From contig CAMWIU010000001.1 of NCBI GenBank assembly GCA_947174385.1, forward strand, positions 1 through 52,078: a stretch of 52,078 nucleotides of DNA, read 5' to 3'. The position numbers were made by a program, and so were the translations under genes. This document shows positions 27,051 to 37,665 of the stretch, piece after piece. This DNA is from an uncultured Treponema sp. GTDB lineage: Bacteria; Spirochaetota; Spirochaetia; Treponematales; Treponemataceae. Position 1 is the stretch's first letter. Each line of letters starts with the position of its first letter. The notes below the pieces were generated by a model, which saw only the letters and a program-made list of their open reading frames with translations, was not told the origin of the DNA and did no database searches.

Positions 27051-28223
27051 TTATTTCACAGCGTTTTTCAGCGCGGCGACTTTGTCGGTTTTTTCCCAAC
27101 TGAAATCTTTTTTTCCGAAATGCCCGTAGGCGGCTGTTGGCGAATAAATCGGTCGCTTCAATTTCAGCGCGTCCACAATTCCTGCGGGCGTGCAATCGAA
27201 AATTTCTTTTACCGCATCGGCAATCTTGCAATCAGGAATCTTTCCTGTGCCGAATGTTTCGACCATAATCGAAACTGGAAAAGGAACTCCGATCGCATAA
27301 GAAAGCTGCACTTCCGCGCGCGTCGCCAATTTCGCGGCGACAATATTTTTGGCAATGTAACGCGCCATGTAAGCCGCCGAACGATCCACTTTGCTGGGAT
27401 CTTTTCCGCTGAACGCGCCGCCTCCATGCCGTCCCATTCCGCCGTAAGTGTCAACGATGATTTTTCGTCCAGTGAGGCCGCTGTCTCCATGCGGACCGCC
27501 AATCACAAACTGGCCGGTGGGATTTATAAAATATTTTGTCTTTTTGTCCAAAAGTCCCGTCGGCTCAAGAACCGGCTTAATGACGCGCTCAATCAAATCG
27601 GATTTGATTTGCGCGTATTTCACATTCGGATTATGTTGGTGCGAAAGCACGACCGTATCGATGTGAACGGGCTTGTGTCCTTCGTATTCCAGCGTAACTT
27701 GCGCCTTGGCATCGGGACGCATCCATTCTATTTCTTTTGAATGACGCAATTGCGCTGCGTTCAACAAAATTTTGTGCGAGAACATAACAGGCGCGGGCAT
27801 AAGTTCGGGCGTTTCGTCGCACGCAAAGCCGAACATCATTCCCTGATCGCCGGCTCCCTGCTGCCCCTTGAATTCTTTCAAGCCGCTTCCCACAACGCCT
27901 TGATTTATATCGGGCGATTGCGTGTGAACGACATTCACCACCGACATCGAATCAGCATCCAAACCGAATGCGGCGTCCGTGTATCCGATTTTTCGCGCGG
28001 TATCGCGGGCGATTTTTTGGATGTCAAGCTCTTTGAATTTGGTGGAAATTTCTCCGCCAACAAGGACCATTCCTGTCGTCGTAAAGCACTCGCAGGCAAC
28101 ATGACTTTCAGGATCCTTAGCAAGACAAGCGTCCAAGACTGCATCGGAAATCTGGTCGCAGATTTTGTCCGGATGACCTTCGCTGACAGATTCCGAGGTG
28201 AACAAACAATGTTCGTTTGTCAT
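27051..28223 (-). CDS. metK: S-adenosylmethionine synthetase
   Basis: [49 protein letters not shown]; AAGGAG SD. Confidence 0.98.
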   Translation of the reverse strand: MTNEHCLFTSESVSEGHPDKICDQISDAVLDACLAKDPESHVACECFTTTGMVLVGGEISTKFKELDIQKIARDTARKIGYTDAAFGLDADSMSVVNVVHTQSPDINQGVVGSGLKEFKGQQGAGDQGMMFGFACDETPELMPAPVMFSHKILLNAAQLRHSKEIEWMRPDAKAQVTLEYEGHKPVHIDTVVLSHQHNPNVKYAQIKSDLIERVIKPVLEPTGLLDKKTKYFINPTGQFVIGGPHGDSGLTGRKIIVDTYGGMGRHGGGAFSGKDPSKVDRSAAYMARYIAKNIVAAKLATRAEVQLSYAIGVPFPVSIMVETFGTGKIPDCKIADAVKEIFDCTPAGIVDALKLKRPIYSPTAAYGHFGKKDFSWEKTDKVAALKNAVK

Positions 28224-28326
28224 AGCAACTCCTTAAAAATAAAATAGAATAATTTTGCGACAAGCCAATGTGTAGCGAGCGCTCGGCGTGCCGCAACAAA
28301 AAATCGTCAAATCCGTATAAAAAGAC

Positions 28327-28355
28327 TTGAACAACTTTTTAAAATATAATATAAT
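28327..28355 (+). promoter_or_regulatory. Sigma70 promoter of the CBM48 gene
   Basis: TTGAAC-17 nt-TATAAT. Confidence 0.6.
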
Positions 28356-28421
28356 ATTTTAAGTTTTAAAACAATAGACGAATTATTGAATTTTGTCTAC
28401 AAATTTTTGGGAGAATCAAAA

Positions 28422-28739
28422 ATGCCTTTGAAAAAGAAATTTTTGAAGAACAACTCAAAATGCGAAGTCACTTTCACAGTTTCGCCAGAAGCTGCCCAAG
28501 GAGCACAAACAATTCACATAGCGGGCGATTTCAACAGTTGGAGCAGCAAAGAAGATCAGCTTAAAAAAGGCAAGGACGGAACATTTTCCATCAAAATCGA
28601 ACTGGACGCGGACAAAGAATACCAATTCCGTTATTTGGTTGATGGAAAGCGATGGGAAAATGACTGGAAAGCAGATAAGTATGTTCCCGCGCCTTATTCA
28701 AGCACAGACAATTCTGTCGTGAGCACAAAGCTTGAATAG
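28422..28739 (+). CDS. Stand-alone isoamylase early-set / CBM48-like glycogen-binding protein
   Basis: IAGDFNSW, YQFRYLVDGKRWEND, DNSVV. Confidence 0.85.
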   Translation: MPLKKKFLKNNSKCEVTFTVSPEAAQGAQTIHIAGDFNSWSSKEDQLKKGKDGTFSIKIELDADKEYQFRYLVDGKRWENDWKADKYVPAPYSSTDNSVVSTKLE

Positions 28740-28742
28740 CGC

Positions 28743-28772
28743 AAAAAAAGGCAGCGAACGCTGCCTTTTTTT
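28743..28772 (+). terminator. Intrinsic terminator
   Basis: AAAAAAAGGCAGCG-AA-CGCTGCCTTTTTTT. Confidence 0.85.
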
Positions 28773-28959
28773 ATTTTCAAATGAATTAAATCCGAAGCAA
28801 AAACATCAGCGCGGTATTGTGGCGCAATAGTGTTTCACAAAAAGCGCGTTTTACCGAAGCTAAAAATTCCTTGCAATTGCCACGCTTGCATTTTCTTCAA
28901 TTTTTCAATATAATTGTTTCGAAAAATCATTTTGCAAATTTTTTGTCAAGAGGGAAAAA

Positions 28960-30321
28960 ATGCTTTTTACGCCGCTTGAAATTCAAGAAACCGTGAATAT
29001 GTTCATGCGCCAAAAACTTGACGTGCGCTGCATTACGATGGGAATTTCGCTGCTCGACTGCGCTTGCGATGACGAGGCGAAATCGTGCCGAAAAATCTAC
29101 GACAAAATTATGTCGCGCGCGAAAAATCTCGTGAAAGTCGGACAAGACATCGAACGCGAATTTGGCGTGCCAATTATAAACAAAAGAATTTCCGTTACGC
29201 CGATCGCGCTTGTGGCAGGAGCAAGTCGCGCCCAAAATTATGTCGAATATTGCAAAACGCTCGACAAATGCGCAAAAGAATTGGGCGTGAATTTCATCGG
29301 CGGATTTTCCGCGCTCGTCCAAAAAGGAATTACGCCTGCGGACAAAATTTTGATTGAGTCAATTCCTGAAGCGTTGTGCCAAACCGAATCAGTTTGCGCT
29401 TCCGTGAATGTCGGCTCGACGAAAAGCGGAATCAACATGGACGCTGTGAAATTGATGGGAGAAATCATAAGGAGCACGGCTTTGGCATCCGCGTCAAAGC
29501 CAGTGAACGGCTGCGCGAAACTTGTGGTTTTTACAAACGCGCCCGAAGACAATCCTTTTATGGCCGGCGCGTTCCATGGACCTGGCGAAGGCGACTGCGT
29601 AATAAATGTCGGCGTTTCCGGCCCGGGCGTGATTTTGGCAGCCGCGCGTGAATTCAAAGGAAAGCCAATCAATGAACTTGCCGACGGAATAAAAAAGATG
29701 GCCTTTAAAATCACTCGAATGGGGCAGCTTGTCGGAACGGAAGCGGCTCGGCGGCTTGGCGTGAATTTTGGCATTTTGGATTTGAGCCTTGCTCCCACGC
29801 CCGAAGTGGGCGACAGCGTTGCGCGCATTTTGGAAGAAATCGGCTTGGAAGGTGCTGGCGCGCCAGGAACTACAGCCGCGCTCGCGCTTCTCACCGACAT
29901 GGTAAAAAAGGGAGGGGTAATGGCCTCGACAAATGTGGGCGGCTTGAGCGGCGCGTTCATTCCGGTTTCGGAAGACGAAGGAATGATAAACGCAGTGAAA
30001 CAGCGTTCGATTACGCTCGAAAAGCTCGAAGCGATGACTTGTGTTTGCTCCGTGGGATTGGATATGATTGCGATTCCCGGCGACACTCCCGCCACCACAA
30101 TCAGCGGAATCATGGCGGACGAAATGGCAATCGGAATGGTGAACAACAAGACGACCGCCGTGCGCCTCATTCCCGCCCCCGGAAAAAAGGCCGGCGATTG
30201 GGTGGAATTCGGCGGCTTGCTCGGAGGCTGCCCCGTAATCGACGTGAATCAATTCAGCTGCGCAGATTTCATAAATCGCGGCGGAAGGATTCCCGCGCCG
30301 ATACATAGCTTTAGGAATTAG
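28960..30321 (+). CDS. UPF0210/DUF711 (PFL-like) family protein
   Basis: [60 protein letters not shown]. Confidence 0.9.
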   Translation: MLFTPLEIQETVNMFMRQKLDVRCITMGISLLDCACDDEAKSCRKIYDKIMSRAKNLVKVGQDIEREFGVPIINKRISVTPIALVAGASRAQNYVEYCKTLDKCAKELGVNFIGGFSALVQKGITPADKILIESIPEALCQTESVCASVNVGSTKSGINMDAVKLMGEIIRSTALASASKPVNGCAKLVVFTNAPEDNPFMAGAFHGPGEGDCVINVGVSGPGVILAAAREFKGKPINELADGIKKMAFKITRMGQLVGTEAARRLGVNFGILDLSLAPTPEVGDSVARILEEIGLEGAGAPGTTAALALLTDMVKKGGVMASTNVGGLSGAFIPVSEDEGMINAVKQRSITLEKLEAMTCVCSVGLDMIAIPGDTPATTISGIMADEMAIGMVNNKTTAVRLIPAPGKKAGDWVEFGGLLGGCPVIDVNQFSCADFINRGGRIPAPIHSFRN

Positions 30322-30358
30322 GTTGCGATTTAAATTGTGGGAATGAAATAAAACTATA

Positions 30359-31576
30359 ATGGCTTTTGATGATGGAAAAAATCTATTATTCGATGAAGAT
30401 TTGTTAAATCAACCAGATTGGAGAGATTTAGAATTTTCATTTCCTCAAAGAAATATTCGACTCGCAACTTGCTTTAGTGGAATCGGTGCTATTGAACATG
30501 CATTCAAGCGTTTGAAATTGAAGCACGAAATCGTTTTTGCAGGTGATATCGATGAGCGTTGTAAGCAAAGTTATTTTGCAAACTATCTGATTGATGAAAA
30601 GAGATGGCATACAGACATTCATGAATTTTCCGCAAAACGGTATAAGAATAAAGTCGATATTTTAGTAGGCGGTGCACCTTGCCAAGCTTTTTCTATGGTC
30701 GGAAAAAGACTGGGGTTGGAGGATACGCGCGGAACGCTTTTTTATGAATTTGCTCGGATAATAAAAGAATGCCAACCGAAACTTTTTATTTTTGAAAATG
30801 TCAAAGGAATCGTAAATCATGACAATGGAAGAACATGGCAAATTATAAAAACTGTTTTTTCTGATTTGGGATATGACATTCACGAGCAAATTTTGAATAG
30901 CCGCAATTATGGAATTCCGCAGAATCGAGAGAGAATGTTTTGCCTCGGGTTCAAAGAAAAAACAAAATTTCAATATCCTGTTCCAATTCCACTTGAATAC
31001 GAAATGTATGATTTCTTAGAAGATTACATTTCAAGCAAATATTTTCTCAAAGACAAAGGTATAAAATTCGTTACCAGCACAAAGAATCGTTTGAAGTGTT
31101 ACACGCAAATTAATGGCGAAATCCAACTCTGCCAAAAAAGAAATCAACAATTTAATTGGCATGGTGATTTTGTTTTTCATCCTGCTTATGCAGAAGAAGA
31201 TTTTGACGAATTCATTTTTGAAGTGAAAGACGTTGAGGAAAAATATTATTTATCAGATAAAGTGGCTAAATATGTTTTAACGCCTGGAACAAAAAATTTC
31301 AAAACCAGCATAAAAACTGATCTGCCAATCGCACGTCCATTGCTACAAACAATGCATAAAATGCATCGAGCGGGCGTGGACAATTATGTAACACACAAGG
31401 GAAGGATTCGAAAACTTACGCCACGCGAATGCTTACGACTTATGGGTTTTAGGGATGACTTCAAAATTGTCGTTTGCGATACTTCTATGTATCAACAAGC
31501 AGGCAATAGTATTGTTGTAGATGTTCTGATTGCATTGTTGAAACAACTTGACATTACAAAATATGGAGAAAATTGA
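30359..31576 (+). CDS. DNA (cytosine-5)-methyltransferase of a restriction-modification system
   Basis: FSGIGA, GAPCQAFS, ENV, PQNRER, RKLTPRECLRLMGF, YQQAGNS; AT-rich. Confidence 0.95.
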   Translation: MAFDDGKNLLFDEDLLNQPDWRDLEFSFPQRNIRLATCFSGIGAIEHAFKRLKLKHEIVFAGDIDERCKQSYFANYLIDEKRWHTDIHEFSAKRYKNKVDILVGGAPCQAFSMVGKRLGLEDTRGTLFYEFARIIKECQPKLFIFENVKGIVNHDNGRTWQIIKTVFSDLGYDIHEQILNSRNYGIPQNRERMFCLGFKEKTKFQYPVPIPLEYEMYDFLEDYISSKYFLKDKGIKFVTSTKNRLKCYTQINGEIQLCQKRNQQFNWHGDFVFHPAYAEEDFDEFIFEVKDVEEKYYLSDKVAKYVLTPGTKNFKTSIKTDLPIARPLLQTMHKMHRAGVDNYVTHKGRIRKLTPRECLRLMGFRDDFKIVVCDTSMYQQAGNSIVVDVLIALLKQLDITKYGEN

Positions 31577-32568
31577 CGATGGAAATTTGCGGAGAAAAAT
31601 TCAAAGTTGAAGACACTTATGATAGCATTATAACAATTCCTGATTGCTTTGTGCTTGGAAAAAACAAACTTGGAGAAGGGCATGGCGAGGCGAAACTTTA
31701 TCTAGGCAGCAAAAATACTATGAGAGCTTTTTTCGGAAACGAAGGATTTTCTGCAAAATGTTTTTTATTGAAAGCGGATTTGCTTGCCTATCTGAACACT
31801 TTGAAGCAAGAATATATTTCGCCTAGTCAAGAATATTTTGGCAAGGAAGTATTTCCATCATTGTGGAAAGAAAGAATGCACAAAGTAAACTCATTGTCGG
31901 ATATTGTTTTTTTTGAAGTTTCTGATCAAAAGCAAATCGTTGGTTCTCGTGGCTATGTAAATTCAAAAAGCGATGGTTACGAATTGATTCGTGAATTGTC
32001 TTTGCCATTGGTAACTTACGTATCTATAATGAAATTGTCAAACAAATCAAATATGCCGATTTTTTATTGGAAACTTTTTGTAGATTATGAAATAATTTCC
32101 GAAAAGAAAAACGGACCTTTAGTTTTTTATTATGGCAAAAAATCAAAGCAAGATGAAATTGTTTCACCTAAAAAAGAAGAGAAATCTGAAGAATATGGTC
32201 GTGCAAGAATAGGGCAAGGAAAATATCGTGAAAAACTTTTGGAAGAATGTCCTTTTTGTCCGATAACAATGCTGAATGAAGAATCTCTTTTAATTGCGAG
32301 CCATATAAAGCCGTGGGCTGTGAGCAACGACAAAGAAAAAATTGACCCAAAAAATGGCTATATGTTTTCTCCGTTATACGACAAACTTTTTGACAAAGGA
32401 TTCATTACATTCACCGAAGAAAAGCGAATGCTTGTTTCAAATTGGCTTTCCATTGCGAATCAAAAAAGACTGAATTTGAAAAATGAATTTTATGTTCCTC
32501 GCTTGCCGATGGATGAAAAGCGAAAATCCTATCTTGAATTTCATCGGGCAAATGTTTTCAAAGGATGA
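31573..32568 (+). CDS. HNH restriction endonuclease (HphI/MnlI-like type IIS candidate)
   Basis: ARIGQGKYRE...CPFCPIT...LIASHIKPW...DPKNG...DKLFDKGFITF; TTGA overlap with the MTase stop. Confidence 0.85.
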   Translation: MTMEICGEKFKVEDTYDSIITIPDCFVLGKNKLGEGHGEAKLYLGSKNTMRAFFGNEGFSAKCFLLKADLLAYLNTLKQEYISPSQEYFGKEVFPSLWKERMHKVNSLSDIVFFEVSDQKQIVGSRGYVNSKSDGYELIRELSLPLVTYVSIMKLSNKSNMPIFYWKLFVDYEIISEKKNGPLVFYYGKKSKQDEIVSPKKEEKSEEYGRARIGQGKYREKLLEECPFCPITMLNEESLLIASHIKPWAVSNDKEKIDPKNGYMFSPLYDKLFDKGFITFTEEKRMLVSNWLSIANQKRLNLKNEFYVPRLPMDEKRKSYLEFHRANVFKG

Positions 32569-32629
32569 GAAAAAACACAAAGCAATTCATTGCTTTATGT
32601 GATATAATTTTTATTCAAGGAGTTAAAAA

Positions 32630-34204
32630 ATGACGATGGATGTTCTTGCAAAAATCATTGCGTTCGTTCTCTACCTTGCAATGATGGTTTTGGTCGGGCT
32701 GCGCGCCGCGAACAAAAACAACAATGCTTCCGACTTTTTTTTGGGCGGACGCAAAATTGGGCCGTGGGTCACAGCATTGAGTGCGGAGGCTTCCGATTCT
32801 TCGGCTTGGCTTTTGATGGGCTTGCCCGGGCTTTGCTATTTGGGCGGATTCAAGGAAACTTTTTGGACAGCGATCGGACTTATTGTCGGCACTTATTTGG
32901 CGTGGCTTTTTGTCGCGAAGCCTTTGCGAAAATGCTCGATTGCGTTCGGCGATTCGATTACAATTCCGGAATTTTTGACGAACCGCTTCAACGACAAAAC
33001 TCACATTCTTTCGATTGTTTCGGTTTTTTTTATTGTCGTGTTTTTCACGATTTACACGGCGTCGGGATTTGTGGCTTGCGCGAAATTGTTCCGCTCGGTT
33101 TTCGGCTTGAATTGGAACTTTGGACTTTTTATCGGATTCGTGATAATTCTTTCGTACACAATCATGGGCGGCTACCGCGCCGTTTGCACCACGGACTTCA
33201 TTCAAGGAATGTTGATTTTCGTCGCGTTCGTCGTCTCGTCCGTAATCGTAATTTTCGCGTTGGGCGGAATTTCAAGTTCGATTGAACAAGTCCAGCAATT
33301 TTCTGCGCGCGCACTGAACGGAGATTTCGGGCGCAAAATGCTCGACAATTTTACGGCGAACAAATCGTTCAGCCCGATGTCGGCGATTTCGGCGTTCGCA
33401 TGGTGCTTGGGATATTTCGGAATGCCTCACATCATCGTGCGTTTCATGGGAATCCGCTCAAACAAGGAAATCAAAACTGCGCGAAGAATCGGAATCACAT
33501 GGATGATAATTTCGTACATCGGAACTTTCATCATCGGAACTCTCGGAACTGCGTATTTGCTGAACCACGGAATTCTTTTGGGCGCGAATCCCGAAGAAAC
33601 GATTTTGGAAGGCGTGAAAGTTTTGGGCGTGGGAACGCAGGAAGCGGTTTTCAGCGAATCGATAAACAGAATGTATCCTGCCTTCATCGCGGGAATTTTC
33701 CTTTGCGCGATTTTGGCGGCGGCGATGTCCACCGCGGACAGCCAGCTTCTTTCGGCTTCAAGCGCGATCGGACAGGACATTTTCAAGGGCATCATAAAAA
33801 AGGACGCTTCCGAAAAAACGGTTTTGGTCGTGAGTCGCGTTTCAGTTTTGGCGATTGCGATTGTCGGAGTTTTGCTCGCGCTCAATCCCAACAGCTCGAT
33901 TTTTGGTTTGGTGAGCTACGCATGGGCTGGATTCGGCGGAACATTCGGGCCGCTAGTTTTGCTCGCGCTTTATTGGAAAGGCACGACGGCAAAAGGCGCG
34001 ATTGCTGGACTCGTTTGCGGCGGCGCGGCAGTGGTCGCATGGCACAATCTTTCCGCCGACGTTCATCCGATTTTCGGCCTTTACGAAATTTTGCCCGCGT
34101 TTGTCATCTGCCTTGTCGTCGCCATCGTCGTGAGCCTTTTGGACAAAGACAAGGACGAAACAATTCTCGCGAAATTCGACGAGTATAAAAAAATGGCGGA
34201 CTAA
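32630..34204 (+). CDS. putP: Sodium/proline symporter (SSS family)
   Basis: DFFLGGR, ALSAEASDSSAWLLMGLPG, GYFGMPHI, AAAMSTADSQLL, AWAGFG. Confidence 0.88.
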   Translation: MTMDVLAKIIAFVLYLAMMVLVGLRAANKNNNASDFFLGGRKIGPWVTALSAEASDSSAWLLMGLPGLCYLGGFKETFWTAIGLIVGTYLAWLFVAKPLRKCSIAFGDSITIPEFLTNRFNDKTHILSIVSVFFIVVFFTIYTASGFVACAKLFRSVFGLNWNFGLFIGFVIILSYTIMGGYRAVCTTDFIQGMLIFVAFVVSSVIVIFALGGISSSIEQVQQFSARALNGDFGRKMLDNFTANKSFSPMSAISAFAWCLGYFGMPHIIVRFMGIRSNKEIKTARRIGITWMIISYIGTFIIGTLGTAYLLNHGILLGANPEETILEGVKVLGVGTQEAVFSESINRMYPAFIAGIFLCAILAAAMSTADSQLLSASSAIGQDIFKGIIKKDASEKTVLVVSRVSVLAIAIVGVLLALNPNSSIFGLVSYAWAGFGGTFGPLVLLALYWKGTTAKGAIAGLVCGGAAVVAWHNLSADVHPIFGLYEILPAFVICLVVAIVVSLLDKDKDETILAKFDEYKKMAD

Positions 34205-34483
34205 TTTTGCTACCTCGCGCGAATGTTTGTATCGCAAATCAGAGATTTGCTTACGAGTTTTGACGCAGGCTGAATGTTTGCGCCAAAACTCGCGGATATT
34301 TTCTCATCACAAATTTAATTCACTTTGAAAATCGAGTCTTGAATTTTTTTGGCTCGGACGAAACGCCACCTTTTCAAGCCCGCGCAGAATTTATTCGCGG
34401 ATTTGTGTTGAAGTTGACGACTGTTGTTGGAATGCGTTAGAGGCTTCCTTTACTTTGTTTTAAAAATCCGCTATAATTTCGCT

Positions 34484-35881
34484 ATGAGAATTTCTTCTGG
34501 CCCGCACGAACTTTCGGGCAGCATAACAGTTCCCGGCTCAAAAAGCCACACGATTCGCGCGCTCATTTTGTCCGCTTTGGCGGAAGGCACGTCGCAGATT
34601 TTGAATCCTCTTGGCAGCGCGGATTGCTTGAGCGCGGCCGAAGCCGTTCCGCTTATAGGCGCGAAAATCGAATTCACTTCGCCGCAAAAATGGCTCGTTT
34701 TTGGCGCGGGAAAAAATGCGCATCTTCCGAGCGATGTCGTGAACGTCGGAAATTCAGGCTCGCTTTTATATTTTCTTTCGCCTGTGTGCGCCACGTTTGA
34801 AGGCTGGAGCGTTTTCACTGGCGACCAAAGCATTCGGCGAAGGCCTGTTTTTCATGTCGTGGATGTGATTCGGCAAATGGGCGCGATGGCGGAATGCGCG
34901 ATTCCGCAAAGCAAATGTTGCCCCCTCCTTATAAAAGGTCCTGCCGACGGAAAAAAAATCGTTCGCACGGAAGGCTCGATTTCAAGCCAGTACATCACGG
35001 GAATGATGCTCGCGGCGTTGCGGATGAAAGACACGCTTCGAATTGAATTGAGCGATCCGAAAGAAACTCCGTATTTGACGATGACAAAAATTTGGCTTGA
35101 ATCTTTCGGCGTGAAAGTGGAAATGTCGAGCGACTTCAAGCAGATTTCAGTTACCCCTCCCACAGAATTGCTCGCGCACGATTGCGTCATTCCAAGCGAT
35201 TGGGAAGGAGTGGCGTTTCCGCTCGTCGCCGCAATTTTGACGAACAGCGAAATCAAAATCGAAAACGTGGATTTTTCGGGAAGCCAAGGCGACGACAAAA
35301 TTGTCGATGTTTTGAAATCGCTCGGCGCGGACATCGAAGAGAACAAATCGCATTCTTCGCTCATCGTTCGCGGCGGAAAATTTTCAACATTAAAAAATCG
35401 CGGAAGGCTTTCCACGGAAAATCTTCCGGAAAAAATTCTGCGCGTTGCAATTTCGGATTTTCCCGACGCGATTTGCGCGCTCGCTGTGGCGGCGTGTTTT
35501 GCGGAAGGAACTGTGATTTTCGAGGATGCTTCGGTTTGCCGGCGCAAGGAAACGGACAGGATAAAAGTTTTGAAAGACGAATTGCAAAAACTCGGCGCGG
35601 ATTTGGAAGACGGCGTGGACGAGCGCGGGCGCGATTTTTTGGCAGTGCACGGAAAAAGTCCGTTCAATGCCGACGGCTCTGCGAATCCGAAATTCAATTT
35701 GCACGGCGGAACAGTGGAAAGTTACGACGACCACAGAGTTGCGATGGCGGCAGCTTGCATGGGATTGGCCTTGCCCGCGCACGAAAAAATCATCGTGAAC
35801 AATGCCGAATGCGCCGCAGTTTCATTCCCGAATTTTTACGACGCGATGAACAAACTCGGCTGCGGCTTTGAAGAATGCTAG
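34484..35881 (+). CDS. aroA: 3-phosphoshikimate 1-carboxyvinyltransferase
   Basis: PGSKSHTIR, VGNSGS, SSQY, KETDRI, DDHRVAM, SFPNF. Confidence 0.93.
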   Translation: MRISSGPHELSGSITVPGSKSHTIRALILSALAEGTSQILNPLGSADCLSAAEAVPLIGAKIEFTSPQKWLVFGAGKNAHLPSDVVNVGNSGSLLYFLSPVCATFEGWSVFTGDQSIRRRPVFHVVDVIRQMGAMAECAIPQSKCCPLLIKGPADGKKIVRTEGSISSQYITGMMLAALRMKDTLRIELSDPKETPYLTMTKIWLESFGVKVEMSSDFKQISVTPPTELLAHDCVIPSDWEGVAFPLVAAILTNSEIKIENVDFSGSQGDDKIVDVLKSLGADIEENKSHSSLIVRGGKFSTLKNRGRLSTENLPEKILRVAISDFPDAICALAVAACFAEGTVIFEDASVCRRKETDRIKVLKDELQKLGADLEDGVDERGRDFLAVHGKSPFNADGSANPKFNLHGGTVESYDDHRVAMAAACMGLALPAHEKIIVNNAECAAVSFPNFYDAMNKLGCGFEEC

Positions 35882-35948
35882 TGTGTCGCAAACTTTGCGG
35901 CAATCGTTTTGCGTCCGCCACTTACATTGCGTACGGACGCGACCCTTC

Positions 35949-37277
35949 CTATTCCTCGAACAACTTTCTGCATTCCAAATAAAATCTTTTTTCCGAAGCC
36001 TCGCCCATCGAAAAGCTTTTTCGCGGGAGCGGCCCGCGTTCGCAAATCGTTTTGAAAAAACTTTCTTTGGCGACAGGCGGAAGCAAAATTCCCACGGCGG
36101 ATTTTTTTTCGACGAGAGCGAAAATTTCTTGCGCGCCATGAATATAGTCGATTGAGGCTTCGTTTCGCGATTTGAGAAATTCGTCCAGCGCGGGCTGCAA
36201 ATGGCTCACAGCCAAATCTTTTATTTGCGTTTCAAGCGTGACGAATTTTTTCTCGCCGTTTTCCATAAAAGCAAATCCGAAATTCGCCGTGGAATTTTTC
36301 ACGCAGCGTTCAAGGCTCGCCGTGTCCGCGAATTCCTTTTTTTCGCCGCCCAATTTTTTTTGCAGGAATTCAATCATCGCGTTTGCATCGGCATTGAAAA
36401 TCGCGCGATGAATCGGCTCGAAAGTCAAGCCTTCGTCATAAAGATTCACGATTTCCAAAAGCGCGTAGCGCACAGGACTTTTCGCGATTTCGTCATCGCT
36501 CGCGCCGCTTTGCAAAAGATTTTTTTTGTGCTCTTCCCAAACTGATTTCGCGGTGGCAAGCGAATGGTTTCCGTCGCCCACGGCAAAAAGGAACGTGCCT
36601 TTTTCGTCCGTGGATTCGGCATAAAGTTTTTCGAGCGCGGTTTTCACGAAATCCAAATCCGCTTCGTCTTTCACAGCCCAGCCTTTTATGCTTCCGCTTT
36701 GCTGCATCAAGCCGCCTGAATAAATCGGATGTTCGGAGCGAGACTTTATTTTTTTGCCAAGCGATTCAATCAAAATGTGATTGGCATCGTTCGCCAAAAG
36801 CATTATGTGCGGAGTTTCGAGCGGTGCGTTTCGGCGGATTTCCATGCGCGGCGGAATGCGATCCAAAATTGTCGCTTCGGTCGCGCGGACGAGCGCATTT
36901 GAAAAAGGCTTCCATTCGTAGCAGTCCAAATCCAGCGCGACGACAAGACCTTTTCTTGTGCGGCCGTAAGAAGTCGTGCGCTCGACATAGACCATCTGCT
37001 TTTGCGCCTCGGCAAAAACGCCGCCGCGCAAATATTCTTTCATCGTGGATTTTATCTTTGCAATGCGCTCGGATTTGTCCGCATCATTCAAATAGGCTTC
37101 GGGCAAAATCAAGTTCAGCGTGGAATTTTTTCCCGCGCAAATTTTTTCGGCTTTCGTCCAATATTCGCGATCCTGCGTGTACTGGTCGCACGCCACCACC
37201 GCCCAAGTTTCAGTTTCAATTTTTTTCGGCAAAATAATTTCCGGAACGGCGATTCCGAATTTTTCAAAATTTTTCAT
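35949..37277 (-). CDS. DUF1015 family protein
   Basis: WAVVACDQYT, VRATEAT, FAVGDGNHSLATAK, LPRKSFSMG. Confidence 0.85.
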   Translation of the reverse strand: MKNFEKFGIAVPEIILPKKIETETWAVVACDQYTQDREYWTKAEKICAGKNSTLNLILPEAYLNDADKSERIAKIKSTMKEYLRGGVFAEAQKQMVYVERTTSYGRTRKGLVVALDLDCYEWKPFSNALVRATEATILDRIPPRMEIRRNAPLETPHIMLLANDANHILIESLGKKIKSRSEHPIYSGGLMQQSGSIKGWAVKDEADLDFVKTALEKLYAESTDEKGTFLFAVGDGNHSLATAKSVWEEHKKNLLQSGASDDEIAKSPVRYALLEIVNLYDEGLTFEPIHRAIFNADANAMIEFLQKKLGGEKKEFADTASLERCVKNSTANFGFAFMENGEKKFVTLETQIKDLAVSHLQPALDEFLKSRNEASIDYIHGAQEIFALVEKKSAVGILLPPVAKESFFKTICERGPLPRKSFSMGEASEKRFYLECRKLFEE

Positions 37278-37309
37278 GGCGAAATTATATCACGGATTTT
37301 CATTTTGCG

Positions 37310-37633
37310 CTACATCACTCGGCTCAAAATCATAAACAAAATTGTTCCGCCAAAAATCGAAATCATTGAATTTTTTTTCCAAAGATGAAGCAAAACCACG
37401 GCAGCGAGCGCGATGAAATTCGGCGCGCCAAACGGTCGCACGGCAAAATCCAAATCTTTGAAACAATAGACAAGAAGAATCGCGATGATAAGCGGCGGCA
37501 AAGATTTTTCCACGAACTTGAGCGCGGCAGGAACTTCGCGCTTTGAAAAAATCAAAAATGGAAACGCTCGATAAAAAATCAAAATCAACGCCGTAAAAAT
37601 TATTGTCTGGACAACTACATTCAGCGAACTCAT
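37310..37633 (-). CDS. azlD: Branched-chain amino-acid exporter small subunit (AzlD family)
   Basis: RAFPFLIF, LPPLIIAILLVYC, LHLWKKN...SIFGGT. Confidence 0.75.
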   Translation of the reverse strand: MSSLNVVVQTIIFTALILIFYRAFPFLIFSKREVPAALKFVEKSLPPLIIAILLVYCFKDLDFAVRPFGAPNFIALAAVVLLHLWKKNSMISIFGGTILFMILSRVM

Positions 37634-37665
37634 TTTCACTCCATTCCGGTCGTCGCTCACGCGAT

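Noticed and set aside
37310-37633. azlD without azlC (likewise UPF0210 without its usual ACT partner)
   Set aside because: Partners may lie elsewhere in the genome; cannot be judged from one window
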